From Luteolibacter sp. (lineage in GTDB: Bacteria; Verrucomicrobiota; Verrucomicrobiia; Verrucomicrobiales; Akkermansiaceae): DNA of 51,726 nt. The notes beneath the pieces are model-generated. The model had not been told where the DNA came from. It ran no database searches and saw only the letters and a list, made by a program, of their open reading frames with translations. Shown here in pieces: positions 31,244 through 41,104 of the stretch (within the stretch, counting starts at the first letter, position 1; each line of letters starts with the position of its first letter). Both the position numbers and the translations under genes were made by a program. The stretch is from NCBI GenBank assembly GCA_051648225.1, contig JBOFET010000537.1:1-51726 (forward strand), given 5' to 3'.

Positions 31244-31966
31244 ATGCACCGTTTATTCAATACTCTCGCCGTTCTCACCAGCGTGGTGCTGCCCCTTGCC
31301 ACGGTCTCTTGCGGAACTGGCGGTGCGAATCATCGGCAAGTGCAGCGCAAGCCTGAACAACGGTTGCTCTACCGGTGGTATGACGACGGTGGGGCCGGGA
31401 AGGTGACCGTGCGCATCAGTCTGACAGATCAGATCGCCGAGTTTAAACGAGGTGAGCGGGACATCGGCTGGTGCTACGTGGCCACGGGCAAAGAGGGACA
31501 CAGCACCTCGCCGGGCACCTACAAGATCACGGAGAAGATCGAGGACAAGTATTCCAATCTCTATGGCTGGCACGAGGATGAGTTCGGAAACGTGACCAAC
31601 AACGACGCGCGCTCGCGGGACAAGGTGCCTGTGGGAATGACATACGTGCCGGCTCCGATGCCTTTTTGGATGCGGCTGACCTCCTACGGTGTCGGCATGC
31701 ACGGTGGGATCATTCCACAGCCGGGCGAGCCAGCGTCTCACGGCTGCATCCGCATCCCGAAGGAGTTTGTGCCCATCCTCTACGATGCGGTGAACGTGGG
31801 GACGCAGGTGGTCATCACCCACTCGCCGAGCCAGCGTGGGCCGCAGGGGCCGAGCTATCAGGTGCCGCAAGTGCCGCAAGAAGTTTGGAGTTCCGGCGGT
31901 GGCATGGGAACAGGTGGGGTGCAGTCCGTGCGCTACCGTGACGGGATGCCGATTTCCTACCAGTAA
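31244..31966 (+). CDS. L,D-transpeptidase-family lipoprotein
   Basis: TVSC lipobox-like; MPFWMRL, GMHGG, ASHGCIR. Confidence 0.9.
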   Translation: MHRLFNTLAVLTSVVLPLATVSCGTGGANHRQVQRKPEQRLLYRWYDDGGAGKVTVRISLTDQIAEFKRGERDIGWCYVATGKEGHSTSPGTYKITEKIEDKYSNLYGWHEDEFGNVTNNDARSRDKVPVGMTYVPAPMPFWMRLTSYGVGMHGGIIPQPGEPASHGCIRIPKEFVPILYDAVNVGTQVVITHSPSQRGPQGPSYQVPQVPQEVWSSGGGMGTGGVQSVRYRDGMPISYQ

Positions 31967-31980
31967 TCTAACTGGCCATG

Positions 31981-32012
31981 AAAAAGCCCATCCGGCAGGA
32001 ATCCGGATGGGC
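31981..32012 (-). terminator. Intrinsic terminator of the LysM gene
   Basis: GCCCATCCGG-N7-CCGGATGGGC 10-bp stem next to an A5 run (U5 on minus strand). Confidence 0.75.
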
Positions 32013-32069
32013 GGGTGAAGTTGATTTAGACCGATGTGCGCTGTGGTTCTGTGAGATGAACTGCTTACG

Positions 32070-33026
32070 TCAAGGGCGGGCGGGAACGTAGAGCTCCGAG
32101 CCTTTCGCAAGGACGGTGGCGGTGGTGAGATCCAGTCCGTTGAGGGCGTTGAGCCGCTTGGTGTCGGTGCCGTGTTTGGCGGCAAAGGCACCGTAAGTCA
32201 TTTCCCCATCAATGGTGACAGCGCGGAATTTGTTCTCGGATGGGGCCGGGGCGGCTTCCTCTTCGGCGACGGGTGCCGGGGCAGGAGTGGGTGCGGGTGC
32301 AGCCTCCGCGATCTTGGTCTCGGGGGCGGTGTATGGCCTGACTTCCGGCGGTTTCGCGACGGGCGCGGGTGCCTTTTCCGCACTGGAGCTGGCCTTGATC
32401 TGGGAAGGTGGTGTCGAGATCAGGGCGGTGGAGGGGGCGCTCTCACCGAGGCGAAGCACTTGGCCTGGGCGCAGGGCAGAGGGTTTCACCGTCGGGTTCG
32501 CGGCGACCAGTGTTGCGGTGTTGATGCCGTGTTTTTTACTGATGCTGTAGAACGTTTCACCCTGGCGGACGGTGTGGGATTTCGTGCCGGTGCCCGGAGC
32601 TGGAGCCGTCGCAGGGGTTGGCTGGGTGGCGGCGACGGTTTTTCCGGGTACCTTGAGCTTTTGACCCGGATGGATCATCGCGGTGGACTTGAGTCCGTTG
32701 AGCTTGGCGAGCTGGGTGGCACGAGTGCCGACCTTGCGGGCGATTCCCTCGATGCTGTCTCCGGATTTGACGACGTAGGTGGCAGGGGACTGGGGCGAAG
32801 TTTCGGCTTCGGCGACTGGCGGTGGAGTCGGTTTGAGGTCTCTTTGGATCCTCGGACCGGTTGCTTCGCGACCGTCGCGCAGCTTCATGTTCTCATCTTC
32901 CAAGTGGCGGATCTGGCGCTCCTGCTCGGCGCAAAGCGCGCGGAGGGTTTCCAATTCGGATTTTGCGAACGTTGGGGACGTCGCCAGGACCAGGGACAGC
33001 GCGGTGAACAGCAGACTTGGTTTCAT
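32070..33026 (-). CDS. LysM peptidoglycan-binding protein
   Basis: Signal peptide; YVVKSGDS, HTVRQGET and a third degenerate LysM; Pro/Ala linkers. Confidence 0.9.
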   Translation of the reverse strand: MKPSLLFTALSLVLATSPTFAKSELETLRALCAEQERQIRHLEDENMKLRDGREATGPRIQRDLKPTPPPVAEAETSPQSPATYVVKSGDSIEGIARKVGTRATQLAKLNGLKSTAMIHPGQKLKVPGKTVAATQPTPATAPAPGTGTKSHTVRQGETFYSISKKHGINTATLVAANPTVKPSALRPGQVLRLGESAPSTALISTPPSQIKASSSAEKAPAPVAKPPEVRPYTAPETKIAEAAPAPTPAPAPVAEEEAAPAPSENKFRAVTIDGEMTYGAFAAKHGTDTKRLNALNGLDLTTATVLAKGSELYVPARP

Positions 33027-33124
33027 GTTGCCGCGCAGTGTTCAAATTACATCGTTAAAATCAAGAGAAATTCAAGGTATCTTAACAAATCATCATGAGG
33101 CCGATGATGGTCCTAGGCAGACGC

Positions 33125-33155
33125 AAAAACGGGCGGCTCCGGAGAGCCACCCGTT
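33125..33155 (-). terminator. Intrinsic terminator of efp
   Basis: Minus strand AACGGGUGGCUC-UCCG-GAGCCGCCCGUU followed by U run. Confidence 0.72.
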
Positions 33156-33180
33156 GGAACTGGAGCAGAAGTCGTGCGTA

Positions 33181-33747
33181 TCAGTTCGCGCGACCGGTGT
33201 AGGAGTTGTCCTCCGTCTTGACGTTGATTCGCTCGCCGACGTTGATGAAGAGCGGCACTTGCACGATGAGGCCGGTCTCCATGACGGCGGGCTTGTAAAC
33301 ATTATTGGCGGAGTCGCCTTTGACGCCCTCCGAGGACTCGGCCACGGTCATGACCATGGAGAGCGGGAGATCCACGGCGACGACGATGCCGTCCGCGACC
33401 ATGAGGTTGTAAATCTGGCCCTCGATGAGGTAGTTTTTCACGCCTTCGATGAGGTCTTCATAGACGACGGCATCTTCGTAGGTGTTCGGGTCGAGGAAGT
33501 GGTAGCCGCTGCTGTCTTTGTAAGAATACTCGTGCGGGGTGCGCTCGAGCACGACACCCTCGACGCTGTCGTTCGAGGTCATGCGGAGGTTGAAGACCTT
33601 CTTGGTGGCGACGCTGCGGATCGACATTTGCACGTAGGACGCCATCCGCGGAGGGGTCTTGAGTTCGTGATCGATGACGAGGCAGACTTCGTTGTTGTGA
33701 CGGACGGCGTGTCCCTTGCGGAGGTTGATGATGGGTGTGCTGGCCAT
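33181..33747 (-). CDS. efp: Elongation factor P
   Basis: LRKG, YHFLDPNTYE, GVKGDSA, KPAVMETGLIVQVPLFINVGERI. Confidence 0.93.
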   Translation of the reverse strand: MASTPIINLRKGHAVRHNNEVCLVIDHELKTPPRMASYVQMSIRSVATKKVFNLRMTSNDSVEGVVLERTPHEYSYKDSSGYHFLDPNTYEDAVVYEDLIEGVKNYLIEGQIYNLMVADGIVVAVDLPLSMVMTVAESSEGVKGDSANNVYKPAVMETGLIVQVPLFINVGERINVKTEDNSYTGRAN

Positions 33748-33819
33748 GATTTGTGGAGGCGGGATAAGACGCGCCGCCGGGGGAGGCAAGCACGGAGTTT
33801 GGATCGGGAAAGGCGTGGC

Positions 33820-34335
33820 TCAGTCCTGCTGCTCGAGGATCCAGTTGGCGATCTTCTCGTCGTCGGCGTCCGCTGCCCACAGGTGGCGGAGGAAATCGGC
33901 AGGATGGAAATCGCCGTGTTTTTTCATAAAATTCCGGTCGCCGCCGCAGCCGAACATCAGGTCCGGGTCGAGTTCGCCGCGGAGCTTCGCCCGGCCTTTG
34001 GTGAGGAAGCGGGGCAGGTACGGCAGGCCTTTGAATTCTTCGCCGAAGCTTGGAACCTCGTCCCGGGTGAGCACGGTGTCGCTCGGGATGCCCTTTTGCA
34101 CCGTCAGGAAATAGTCGCGCCGCACGGAAGCGATCAGCAGCGCGGTCGAGATCGTCGGCTCGCCTTCGCCACAGAAATCCTCGACGAAGTCGAAAAACTC
34201 GCGGGTCTTGCAGCCGATGGAGGCGAGGAACGTGAGGTCCTCCGGGGTGTAATAGGTTTCGAAGTCCCCGTTGCCGGACTGGAATTCAGCGGCGCAGCGG
34301 TCGAAGAGGGCGAGAAAGGTATCGTTCCAAGTCAT
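33820..34335 (-). CDS. DUF5069-like hypothetical protein
   Basis: GLPYLPRFLTKGRAKLRGEL..MFGCGGD pattern. Confidence 0.65.
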   Translation of the reverse strand: MTWNDTFLALFDRCAAEFQSGNGDFETYYTPEDLTFLASIGCKTREFFDFVEDFCGEGEPTISTALLIASVRRDYFLTVQKGIPSDTVLTRDEVPSFGEEFKGLPYLPRFLTKGRAKLRGELDPDLMFGCGGDRNFMKKHGDFHPADFLRHLWAADADDEKIANWILEQQD

Positions 34336-34355
34336 AGGGGTAATGGAGTTCGTGA

Positions 34356-35366
34356 TCAGCCTTCCGCACGCGTTTTCTTCTCGTAGGGCGCGATCTCGTC
34401 GATGGCGGCGAGGGTGGCGGCGTCGGGCATGGGTGAAAGCAGCGCATCGAGCGAGTCGTCTAACTGCGCGACGGTGCGGGCGCCGATGATGGACGAGGTG
34501 ACAGCAGGTGAGCGCAGCGTCCACTGGATGGCCAAATGGCTCAGCGACGTGCCTTGAGCGGTGGCAAGGTTGCCAAGGGCGCGGATTTTCTCCTGCTGAG
34601 CTTCGACCTGCTCGATCTGAAGAAATCCTTCCGACCGGGCGGCGCGCGAGTCCTCCGGGATGCCGGTCAGGTATTTCGGCGTGAGCATGCCCTGCGCCAG
34701 CGGGCTGAAGACCACGCAGCCGATGCCTTCCTCCAACAGATAGTCGAGAATGCCCTCGCCTTCCGGCCAGCGGTTGAGGATCGAGTAGGGTGGCTGATAG
34801 ATCAGGCAGCGGATGCCCATGTCCTTGAGGATTTTCACCGCTTTTTTCAACCGCTTGAGCGGGTATTTCGAAAGTCCCACGTAGAGCGCGCGGCCGCTGT
34901 TCACGGCGGTGGCGAGCGCGGACATGGTTTCCTCCAGCCGGGTGTGTGGGTCCGGGCAGTGGGAGTAGAAAATGTCCACGTAGTTCAGCCTCAGCCGCTT
35001 GAGCGACTGGTCGAGCGAGGCGAGCAAGTGCTTGCGCGATCCCGCCTGGCCGTAGGGGCCGCTCCACATGTCGTGGCCGGCCTTGCTGCTGATGATGAGT
35101 TCGTCGCGATGACACGCGAAATCCTCGACCAGAATCCGGCCGACATTTTCCTCCGCAGACCCAGGAGGCGGGCCGTAGTTGTTCGCCAAGTCGAAGTGCG
35201 TCACCCCCCGGTCAAACGCGCGTCGCATCATCCGCCGGGCTTCCTGGAAATCATCCACGTGGCCGAAATTGTGCCAGAACCCCAGCGAAATGGCGGGCAG
35301 AAGGAGTCCGGAATCGCCGCAACGCCGGTAAGGCATGCGACCGTCATAGCGTGCTGGATCAAACAT
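34356..35366 (-). CDS. Aldo/keto reductase (YghZ/L-glyceraldehyde-3-phosphate reductase-like)
   Basis: YRRCGDSGLLLPAISLGFWHNFG, FDLANNYGPPPGSAE, SPLAQG. Confidence 0.92.
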   Translation of the reverse strand: MFDPARYDGRMPYRRCGDSGLLLPAISLGFWHNFGHVDDFQEARRMMRRAFDRGVTHFDLANNYGPPPGSAEENVGRILVEDFACHRDELIISSKAGHDMWSGPYGQAGSRKHLLASLDQSLKRLRLNYVDIFYSHCPDPHTRLEETMSALATAVNSGRALYVGLSKYPLKRLKKAVKILKDMGIRCLIYQPPYSILNRWPEGEGILDYLLEEGIGCVVFSPLAQGMLTPKYLTGIPEDSRAARSEGFLQIEQVEAQQEKIRALGNLATAQGTSLSHLAIQWTLRSPAVTSSIIGARTVAQLDDSLDALLSPMPDAATLAAIDEIAPYEKKTRAEG

Positions 35367-35478
35367 GGCTGGAAACTGGCGGGCCGAATCCACCTTGCCA
35401 AGCTCAAGCCCGAGAAATCCGCCGTCGAGAAATCCTCTTGCTCTCCACCGACGGACCCTGCAACCTGCCGCCCACCAA

Positions 35479-35558
35479 GGCGGCTTGGCGGAATTGGTAG
35501 ACGCGCTCGACTCAAAATCGAGTTCTAACGAGTGTGGGTTCGAGTCCCACAGCCGCTA
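35479..35558 (+). tRNA. tRNA-Leu(CAA)
   Basis: Acceptor GGCGGCT/AGCCGCT, D arm GCGGAATTGGTAGACGC, anticodon arm CTCGA-CTCAAAA-TCGAG, T arm GTGGG-TTCGAGT-CCCAC; CCA not encoded. Confidence 0.95.
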
Positions 35559-35604
35559 CTTTTCACTCACTGCGAAAGCCGGTATTTTCCCCGACACACG
35601 CAGC

Positions 35605-36432
35605 ATGGCATCTCCCACCCCGAGTTCCCGCACCATCGGCATCATCGCAGGCAGCGGCGTCTATCCGGAGACCTTCATCGCCGCAGCCCGGCAGCGCTCG
35701 CCCGGCATCCGGCTCGTGATGTGCGCGTTCCCCGGCGAGACCCGGCCCGAGCTGGAAAAACTCGTCGAGGCCACCGAGTGGATTCGCATCGGCCAGCTCA
35801 GCAAGCCGATCAAATTTTTCTCCCGCGAGCGAGCCGCCGAGGTGGTGATGATGGGACAGATTTCCCCGAAGAACCTCTACGAACTCCGCACCGACCTGCG
35901 GGCGCTCATGATGTTCGCCCGCCTCAAGGAGCGGAATGCGGAGACCATCTTCGGTGCGATTTCCGACGAGCTCGCCAAGGACGGCATCACCGTGCTGCCG
36001 GCCACCACGTTTCTGGAAGACCACCTGCCAGGCCCAGGTCCCGTTTGTGGGCCGGTTTTCAAAAAGCGCCAGCTCGCCGATGCGGAATTCGGCTTCCGCA
36101 TCGCCAAACAAACCAGCGCGCTCGACATCGGCCAAAGCGTCGTCGTCCGACACGGCACGGTGCTCGCCGCCGAGGCCTTCGAAGGCACCAACGCCTGCAT
36201 CAAGCGCGGTGGTGAACTCGGTCGCGGCAAGGACGTGCTGCTCGTCAAGGTCTCCAAGCCGAACCAGGATTTCCGCTTCGACGTGCCCGTCATCGGCCCG
36301 CAGACCATCGAGACCTGCGCCGCCGCCGGGGTAGGGGGTATCGCCATCGAAGCCGGGAAAACCCTACTGCTAGAAAAAGACCTCGTCGCCGAACTCTGCG
36401 CCAAGCTCCAGATCGGCATCCACGCCCTTTAG
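35605..36432 (+). CDS. lpxI: UDP-2,3-diacylglucosamine diphosphatase LpxI
   Basis: IGIIAGSG, DIGQSVVV, AEAFEGTN, VKVSKPNQDFRFDVPVIG. Confidence 0.9.
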   Translation: MASPTPSSRTIGIIAGSGVYPETFIAAARQRSPGIRLVMCAFPGETRPELEKLVEATEWIRIGQLSKPIKFFSRERAAEVVMMGQISPKNLYELRTDLRALMMFARLKERNAETIFGAISDELAKDGITVLPATTFLEDHLPGPGPVCGPVFKKRQLADAEFGFRIAKQTSALDIGQSVVVRHGTVLAAEAFEGTNACIKRGGELGRGKDVLLVKVSKPNQDFRFDVPVIGPQTIETCAAAGVGGIAIEAGKTLLLEKDLVAELCAKLQIGIHAL

Positions 36433-36435
36433 CCC

Positions 36436-36906
36436 CTACGGCAGCAGATCCGTGTAAGTCCCTGGATCGCTCCCCGGGATCTCGATCGCCCCGCAGTTCT
36501 TCGCGTAAAACTCCCGCGGACCCACGCCGCCGATGATCGCATAGGCGTAGCCGATTTCTCGCAAGCCCTCCAGCGCCTTGAACAACAGCGCCTTGCCCAA
36601 GCCCAGCCCACGCGCCGCTTCCGAAACCCCGGTCGGCCCGAAAAACCCCCGCTGCGTCGTTTCATAACACGCGAATCCCAGGATTTCCTTGTCCCGCGTC
36701 GCGATGAAACACGAGATCGGCTGCCGCGTCATCGCCACCTCCACCTCGCTCACCCACTTGGGTGAAAAATTTGCCCTAACGAATTCCGCCACCGTGTGTT
36801 TTTCAAACGCCCGTGCCCGCCGCAGCGTCACGCCCTTCGCCGCCACCTCCGCGTAAAGTTCCGCCGATTCCGGCAGGTCGTAGAGGCGCACCAGCATGTC
36901 GATCAT
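36436..36906 (-). CDS. GNAT acetyltransferase
   Basis: FFGPTGV..ARGLGLGKAL; FYAKNCG. Confidence 0.88.
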   Translation of the reverse strand: MIDMLVRLYDLPESAELYAEVAAKGVTLRRARAFEKHTVAEFVRANFSPKWVSEVEVAMTRQPISCFIATRDKEILGFACYETTQRGFFGPTGVSEAARGLGLGKALLFKALEGLREIGYAYAIIGGVGPREFYAKNCGAIEIPGSDPGTYTDLLP

Positions 36907-37050
36907 GCGGCGAGTCAATCGAAGCGCCCGCCACCGCGCAAAACATTCTTTCCACCGACTGGATCCGCCGTTTTTTGCCGAAACCTTGTCGGTTGACCTC
37001 GTTCGCCCGGTCCCCTTAGCCTCGTCCCGAATCCTCGATTTCAATCATCC

Positions 37051-38040
37051 ATGAAAACTCCCATCACCGTCTCCATCACCGGCGCCGCAGGAAATATCGG
37101 CTACGCCCTCCTTTTCCGCATCGCCTCCGGCTTCGTCTTCGGTCCCGACCAGCCGGTCAATCTCCGCCTCATCGAAATCGAGCCCGGCCTGCCCGCCCTC
37201 GCCGGCGTCATCATGGAACTCGACGACTGCGCCTTCCCGCTGCTCAACGAAGTCGTCGGCACCGCCGATCTCGATGAAGGATTCAAGGACGCCAACTGGT
37301 GCCTGCTCGTCGGCTCCGTCCCGCGCAAGGCCGGCATGGAACGCGCCGACCTGCTAGGCATCAACGGGAAAATTTTCACCAGCCAGGGCCAGGCCATCGC
37401 CCGGAACGCCGCCAAGGACGTGCGCGTGCTCGTCGTCGGAAATCCCTGCAACACCAACGCCCTCATCGCCATGAACAACGCCGCAGGCGTGCCGTGCGAC
37501 CGCTTCTTCGCGATGACCCGGCTCGATGAGAACCGCGCCAAAAGCCAGCTCGCCGCGAAGGCTGGCGTCCACGTGTCCAAGGTCACCAACCTCTGCATCT
37601 GGGGAAATCACTCCGCCACCCAATACCCGGATTTCACCAACGCGAAAATCGACGGCAAGCCCGCCACCGAAGTCATCACCGACCATGAGTGGCTCAAGAG
37701 CGAGTTCATCGCCACCGTCCAGCAGCGCGGTGCTGCCATCATCAAGGCCCGCGGCCTCTCCTCCGCCGCCTCCGCCGCAAATGCCGCCATGGACACCGTC
37801 CGCAGCCTCATCACCCCGACACCCGCTGGCGACTGGCACTCGGTCGCCATCTGCTCGGACGGATCCTACGGCATTGAAAAAGGCATCATGGCCTCCATGC
37901 CCATCCGCACCCTTGAGGGCGGCAAATGGGAAATCGTGCAAGGCGTCCCCGTCGATGCCTTCAGCCAGGGGAAAATCGACCTCACCATCGGCGAACTTCA
38001 GGAAGAGCGCGACGCAGTGAAAGACCTCATCCCCAGCTGA
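37051..38040 (+). CDS. mdh: Malate dehydrogenase
   Basis: [42 protein letters not shown]. Confidence 0.96.
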   Translation: MKTPITVSITGAAGNIGYALLFRIASGFVFGPDQPVNLRLIEIEPGLPALAGVIMELDDCAFPLLNEVVGTADLDEGFKDANWCLLVGSVPRKAGMERADLLGINGKIFTSQGQAIARNAAKDVRVLVVGNPCNTNALIAMNNAAGVPCDRFFAMTRLDENRAKSQLAAKAGVHVSKVTNLCIWGNHSATQYPDFTNAKIDGKPATEVITDHEWLKSEFIATVQQRGAAIIKARGLSSAASAANAAMDTVRSLITPTPAGDWHSVAICSDGSYGIEKGIMASMPIRTLEGGKWEIVQGVPVDAFSQGKIDLTIGELQEERDAVKDLIPS

Positions 38041-38063
38041 TTCCGCAGCCCCTCAGTCAGTCT

Positions 38064-38234
38064 AACGGTCGTCACCCGAACCCGCGTGACGAACCCGCGT
38101 TTCACAACCGGAGGCGCGGCGACCTGATTGTCGCCTCTTTCCCGGGGAAGGCCTTGGAAAGGGACAGTAAGGTCCCTTCTCCTCATCGTGTGGACCCAAG
38201 ATCGCATCTTCGGTTCTAAGAGATGGCACCCGTT
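38064..38234 (-). ncRNA. Candidate structured ncRNA (~170 nt, 6S-sized)
   Basis: Intergenic between convergent mdh and ndh; ends pair into a long G-U-rich stem on the minus strand, with three apical hairpins (manual folding only). Confidence 0.45.
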
Positions 38235-38311
38235 CCATAAAAATCAGAGCCGTAGCCATGGCATGCATTTTTCAAAAAATGATTCTGCTCTCAATGATTC
38301 TGCCAAAAATC

Positions 38312-39598
38312 TTAGCAAGCAGGAGGCGGTGTGCGCACAGCCGGAGGATTCACGATGATGCGCGCTTCCGGATTGTTGATGATATAGGAATAGGCCCAGC
38401 CTAGCAGCACGGAGAGTTTGTTGCGGAAGCCGACGAGGAAGGTGATGTGGATGAAGAGCCACGCGAGCCAGGCGATGAAGCCCTGCATGCGGAAACCTCC
38501 GGCTTTCACGACGGCGTAGTTTTTTCCGATAATGGCCATCATTCCCTTATCGAAGTAGTTGAACGGTGGTCGCGTCTTCGCGTGTTCCAAGTCGCCCTTG
38601 AGTGCCTTGGCGACGTGGGCACCCATCTGGACGGCGGCGGGAGCGACTCCGGGAACCATTTGGCCATCGCAGTCCTTCATGCTGACGAGGTCACCGGCGA
38701 GGAAGATGTGAGGGTGGCCGGGAACGGATAGATCGGGATTCGGAGTGATGCGACCGCTGCGGTCGGTAGGCACACCGAGGGTGGTGGTGAGCGGACTGGC
38801 GGCGATGCCGGCGGCCCAGATGATGGCGGCGGCCTCGAGAGTGCTGCCGTCCTTGAGATCGAGCGCACCTTCCCGGACGTGGGTGACGCGGGTGTTGTTG
38901 CGGACTTCGACACCGAGTTTTTCCAAGCGCTTGCGGGCGTAGTCGCATTGGTCGGGGTCATAGGCTTCGAGGACGTGTTCGGAACCTTCGATGAGGATGA
39001 TGCGCAGCTTGCTGGTATCGATGCGGCGGAAGTTAGACTTGAGCGAGCGATGCACAAGATCGGCGAAGGCTCCGGCGAGCTCGACGCCGGTCGGCCCGCC
39101 ACCGACGATGGCGACGGTCATGAGGCGGGTGCGTTCCGCTTCGTCGGTGGTGAGCTCGGCGCGTTCAAGATTGGAGAGAACGGTGCGGCGGATGTTTTGG
39201 GCATCCGCGAGGGACTTGAGGCCGAGGCTGTGCGCGGCCCATGCGTCGTTGCCGAAGTAGCCGGTGCGGGCACCGGCGGCGAGCAGCAGGTAGTCGAAGT
39301 GGTAAACGGTGCCAACTTCGCTCGTGGCGGTTTTTCCAACTGGATCGATGGCGGAGATCTCATCCATGAGGACGGTGACATTTCCCGCCTTGGCAAGAAT
39401 CTGGCGGATCGAGCGGGCGATGTCCGGCCCGGCGAGTGAGGCGGTGGCGACTTGATAGAGAAGCGGTTGGAACAGGTGGTGGTTCGTCCGATCCACGAGG
39501 GTGATGTCAAAGCGGTCGTCGTTGGCGAGGCGGCTGGCGCATTCCAGACCGGCGAATCCGCCGCCGATGATGAGGAGTTTGCGGGGCGGGAGAGTCAT
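38312..39598 (-). CDS. ndh: Type II NADH dehydrogenase
   Basis: IIGGGFAG, HLFQPLLYQVAT, VGGGPTGVELAG, WLFIHI.FLVGFRN. Confidence 0.92.
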   Translation of the reverse strand: MTLPPRKLLIIGGGFAGLECASRLANDDRFDITLVDRTNHHLFQPLLYQVATASLAGPDIARSIRQILAKAGNVTVLMDEISAIDPVGKTATSEVGTVYHFDYLLLAAGARTGYFGNDAWAAHSLGLKSLADAQNIRRTVLSNLERAELTTDEAERTRLMTVAIVGGGPTGVELAGAFADLVHRSLKSNFRRIDTSKLRIILIEGSEHVLEAYDPDQCDYARKRLEKLGVEVRNNTRVTHVREGALDLKDGSTLEAAAIIWAAGIAASPLTTTLGVPTDRSGRITPNPDLSVPGHPHIFLAGDLVSMKDCDGQMVPGVAPAAVQMGAHVAKALKGDLEHAKTRPPFNYFDKGMMAIIGKNYAVVKAGGFRMQGFIAWLAWLFIHITFLVGFRNKLSVLLGWAYSYIINNPEARIIVNPPAVRTPPPAC

Positions 39599-39621
39599 GG
39601 GTCTTGGGAGTGGATGATAGG

Positions 39622-40185
39622 TTAGAATTCGCTGGTTTCTTTGTCCGCAGCATCTTCCGGGATGGCGACGGATTCCAGAAGTTTGTCAAATCCGTCCAAG
39701 ACTCGTGACAGGCCGTCGGCCCAGTGGTTTTTTTGCCAAGCCGGGCCTGCGAGTTCCAACAGGTGATCGAGAGCTTCGCGTTGGAGAAATGGCTCGAGGC
39801 CGTAGCCGGGCATGATGGCTGCCTCCTTGCGGACCGGATCGAGCGCGAGCAGCAAAGCGTGATTGTCTTTTCCCCGGCGGCTGTCTCCGGCGAAGTTCGC
39901 GGCATTAAAGAGCCAGAAGACGTGCATGGAGAACGGATGCTCCGTGGGAAACTCGTGCATGACGATCTGCAATACCAGCTGCGGGAAGCGCTGCTGGATG
40001 CGGGAGATCTGTTTTTTCAACTTTTGCTGCTCTGGCTGGCTGAGGGTGCGGGTGGTGTCCGCGACGACCGGTGCGAGGCGCGGCACGGCTCCGACCAGGG
40101 TGCTCGTCCGGGGATAGGTCAACCGGCAGGCCGGGCACTCGGGAGCAGCTGCCTGATGGGGTGTCTGGCAAAAGGGACACAGCAT
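39622..40185 (-). CDS. TPM-domain protein with N-terminal Zn ribbon
   Basis: CPFC...CPAC; DNHALLLALD..GYGLEPFL. Confidence 0.78.
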   Translation of the reverse strand: MLCPFCQTPHQAAAPECPACRLTYPRTSTLVGAVPRLAPVVADTTRTLSQPEQQKLKKQISRIQQRFPQLVLQIVMHEFPTEHPFSMHVFWLFNAANFAGDSRRGKDNHALLLALDPVRKEAAIMPGYGLEPFLQREALDHLLELAGPAWQKNHWADGLSRVLDGFDKLLESVAIPEDAADKETSEF

Positions 40186-40231
40186 GCCCGACTCTACGCA
40201 GCCACCGTTTCACCTGCGAAGCGAAAATTTC

Positions 40232-41104
40232 TCATCGCGAAACAACCACCCTCCAGGTGGCAAGCAGGGTCAGCAGGGCTCCCGCGATTTCCATGGGGCG
40301 GAAAGATTCACCGAAGAACGCCAGCCCGCCCACCGCCGTCACCAACGGTAGCAACATCTGCAGCGATGAGCCGCGGGAAACGGACATGAACTGATAGGCC
40401 CGGGTCATGATCAGCTGTGCGACCGTCACGATCACCGCGCCGACGGCTAGCCAGAACCAGACCAAGGGCGGCAACTGGGGCACCTTCACCGCCGCCGGTG
40501 CCGCGATGATGAGTCCGTAAAATGCCTGTGAAGCGTAGATCGTCGCCGGGTGCTCCTCATGCCGCAAGCGGCGGATGATCACCACCACCCAGCCGGAACC
40601 GACCGCACCGGCGAGTGCGAGTAAATCGTAGGCGGAGGGGCGCAGCAGTTGCCCGTCATCGCTCAGGAATACCACCAGCCCGCAAAAGCCGATCAGCATC
40701 CATACCATCGCGGTGCGGTTGACCTTTTCCTTGAGCCAGAGGGCTGCGATCACTGAAGCGAAGATCGGATAGGTTAGATTGAGGATCACCGCGCGCCCGG
40801 CACCGAGATGGATGATGGTGATGTAGAAGGCCACCGTGCTCAGCGCCCCGACGATGCCCCGGATCGTGATCAACTTTCCGCTAAACATCCGCTTCAAATC
40901 GAGGCCCCGGCCCCGGCCGAAAAGGGCATAAACCACGAGCATCCCGACCGCCCCGCGGAACAGGATGGCCACCCAGCCGTCCGCCGCCGGTGCGTGGATG
41001 GCCACCGCGCGGATCAGCAGCGTATTCGCGGCGAAAAGGACCACCGAGCCGAGCATGAGCATCACGCTGCGGCGGTCGAAGAAATCATCGTTTTTCAAGT
41101 GCAT
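40232..41104 (-). CDS. DMT/EamA family transporter
   Basis: About 10 TM segments; YPIFASVIAALWLKEK, FFGESF. Confidence 0.88.
   Translation of the reverse strand: MHLKNDDFFDRRSVMLMLGSVVLFAANTLLIRAVAIHAPAADGWVAILFRGAVGMLVVYALFGRGRGLDLKRMFSGKLITIRGIVGALSTVAFYITIIHLGAGRAVILNLTYPIFASVIAALWLKEKVNRTAMVWMLIGFCGLVVFLSDDGQLLRPSAYDLLALAGAVGSGWVVVIIRRLRHEEHPATIYASQAFYGLIIAAPAAVKVPQLPPLVWFWLAVGAVIVTVAQLIMTRAYQFMSVSRGSSLQMLLPLVTAVGGLAFFGESFRPMEIAGALLTLLATWRVVVSR

Noticed and set aside
32779-34386. 535-aa plus-strand ORF
   Set aside because: Shadow of efp, the DUF5069-like gene and the LysM gene on the minus strand
33820-35115. 431-aa version of the DUF5069-like ORF
   Set aside because: The N-terminal part overlaps the AKR out of frame; the plausible start is 34335
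35479-35604. Island integrated at tRNA-Leu
   Set aside because: lpxI follows directly and I saw no duplicated tRNA 3' end
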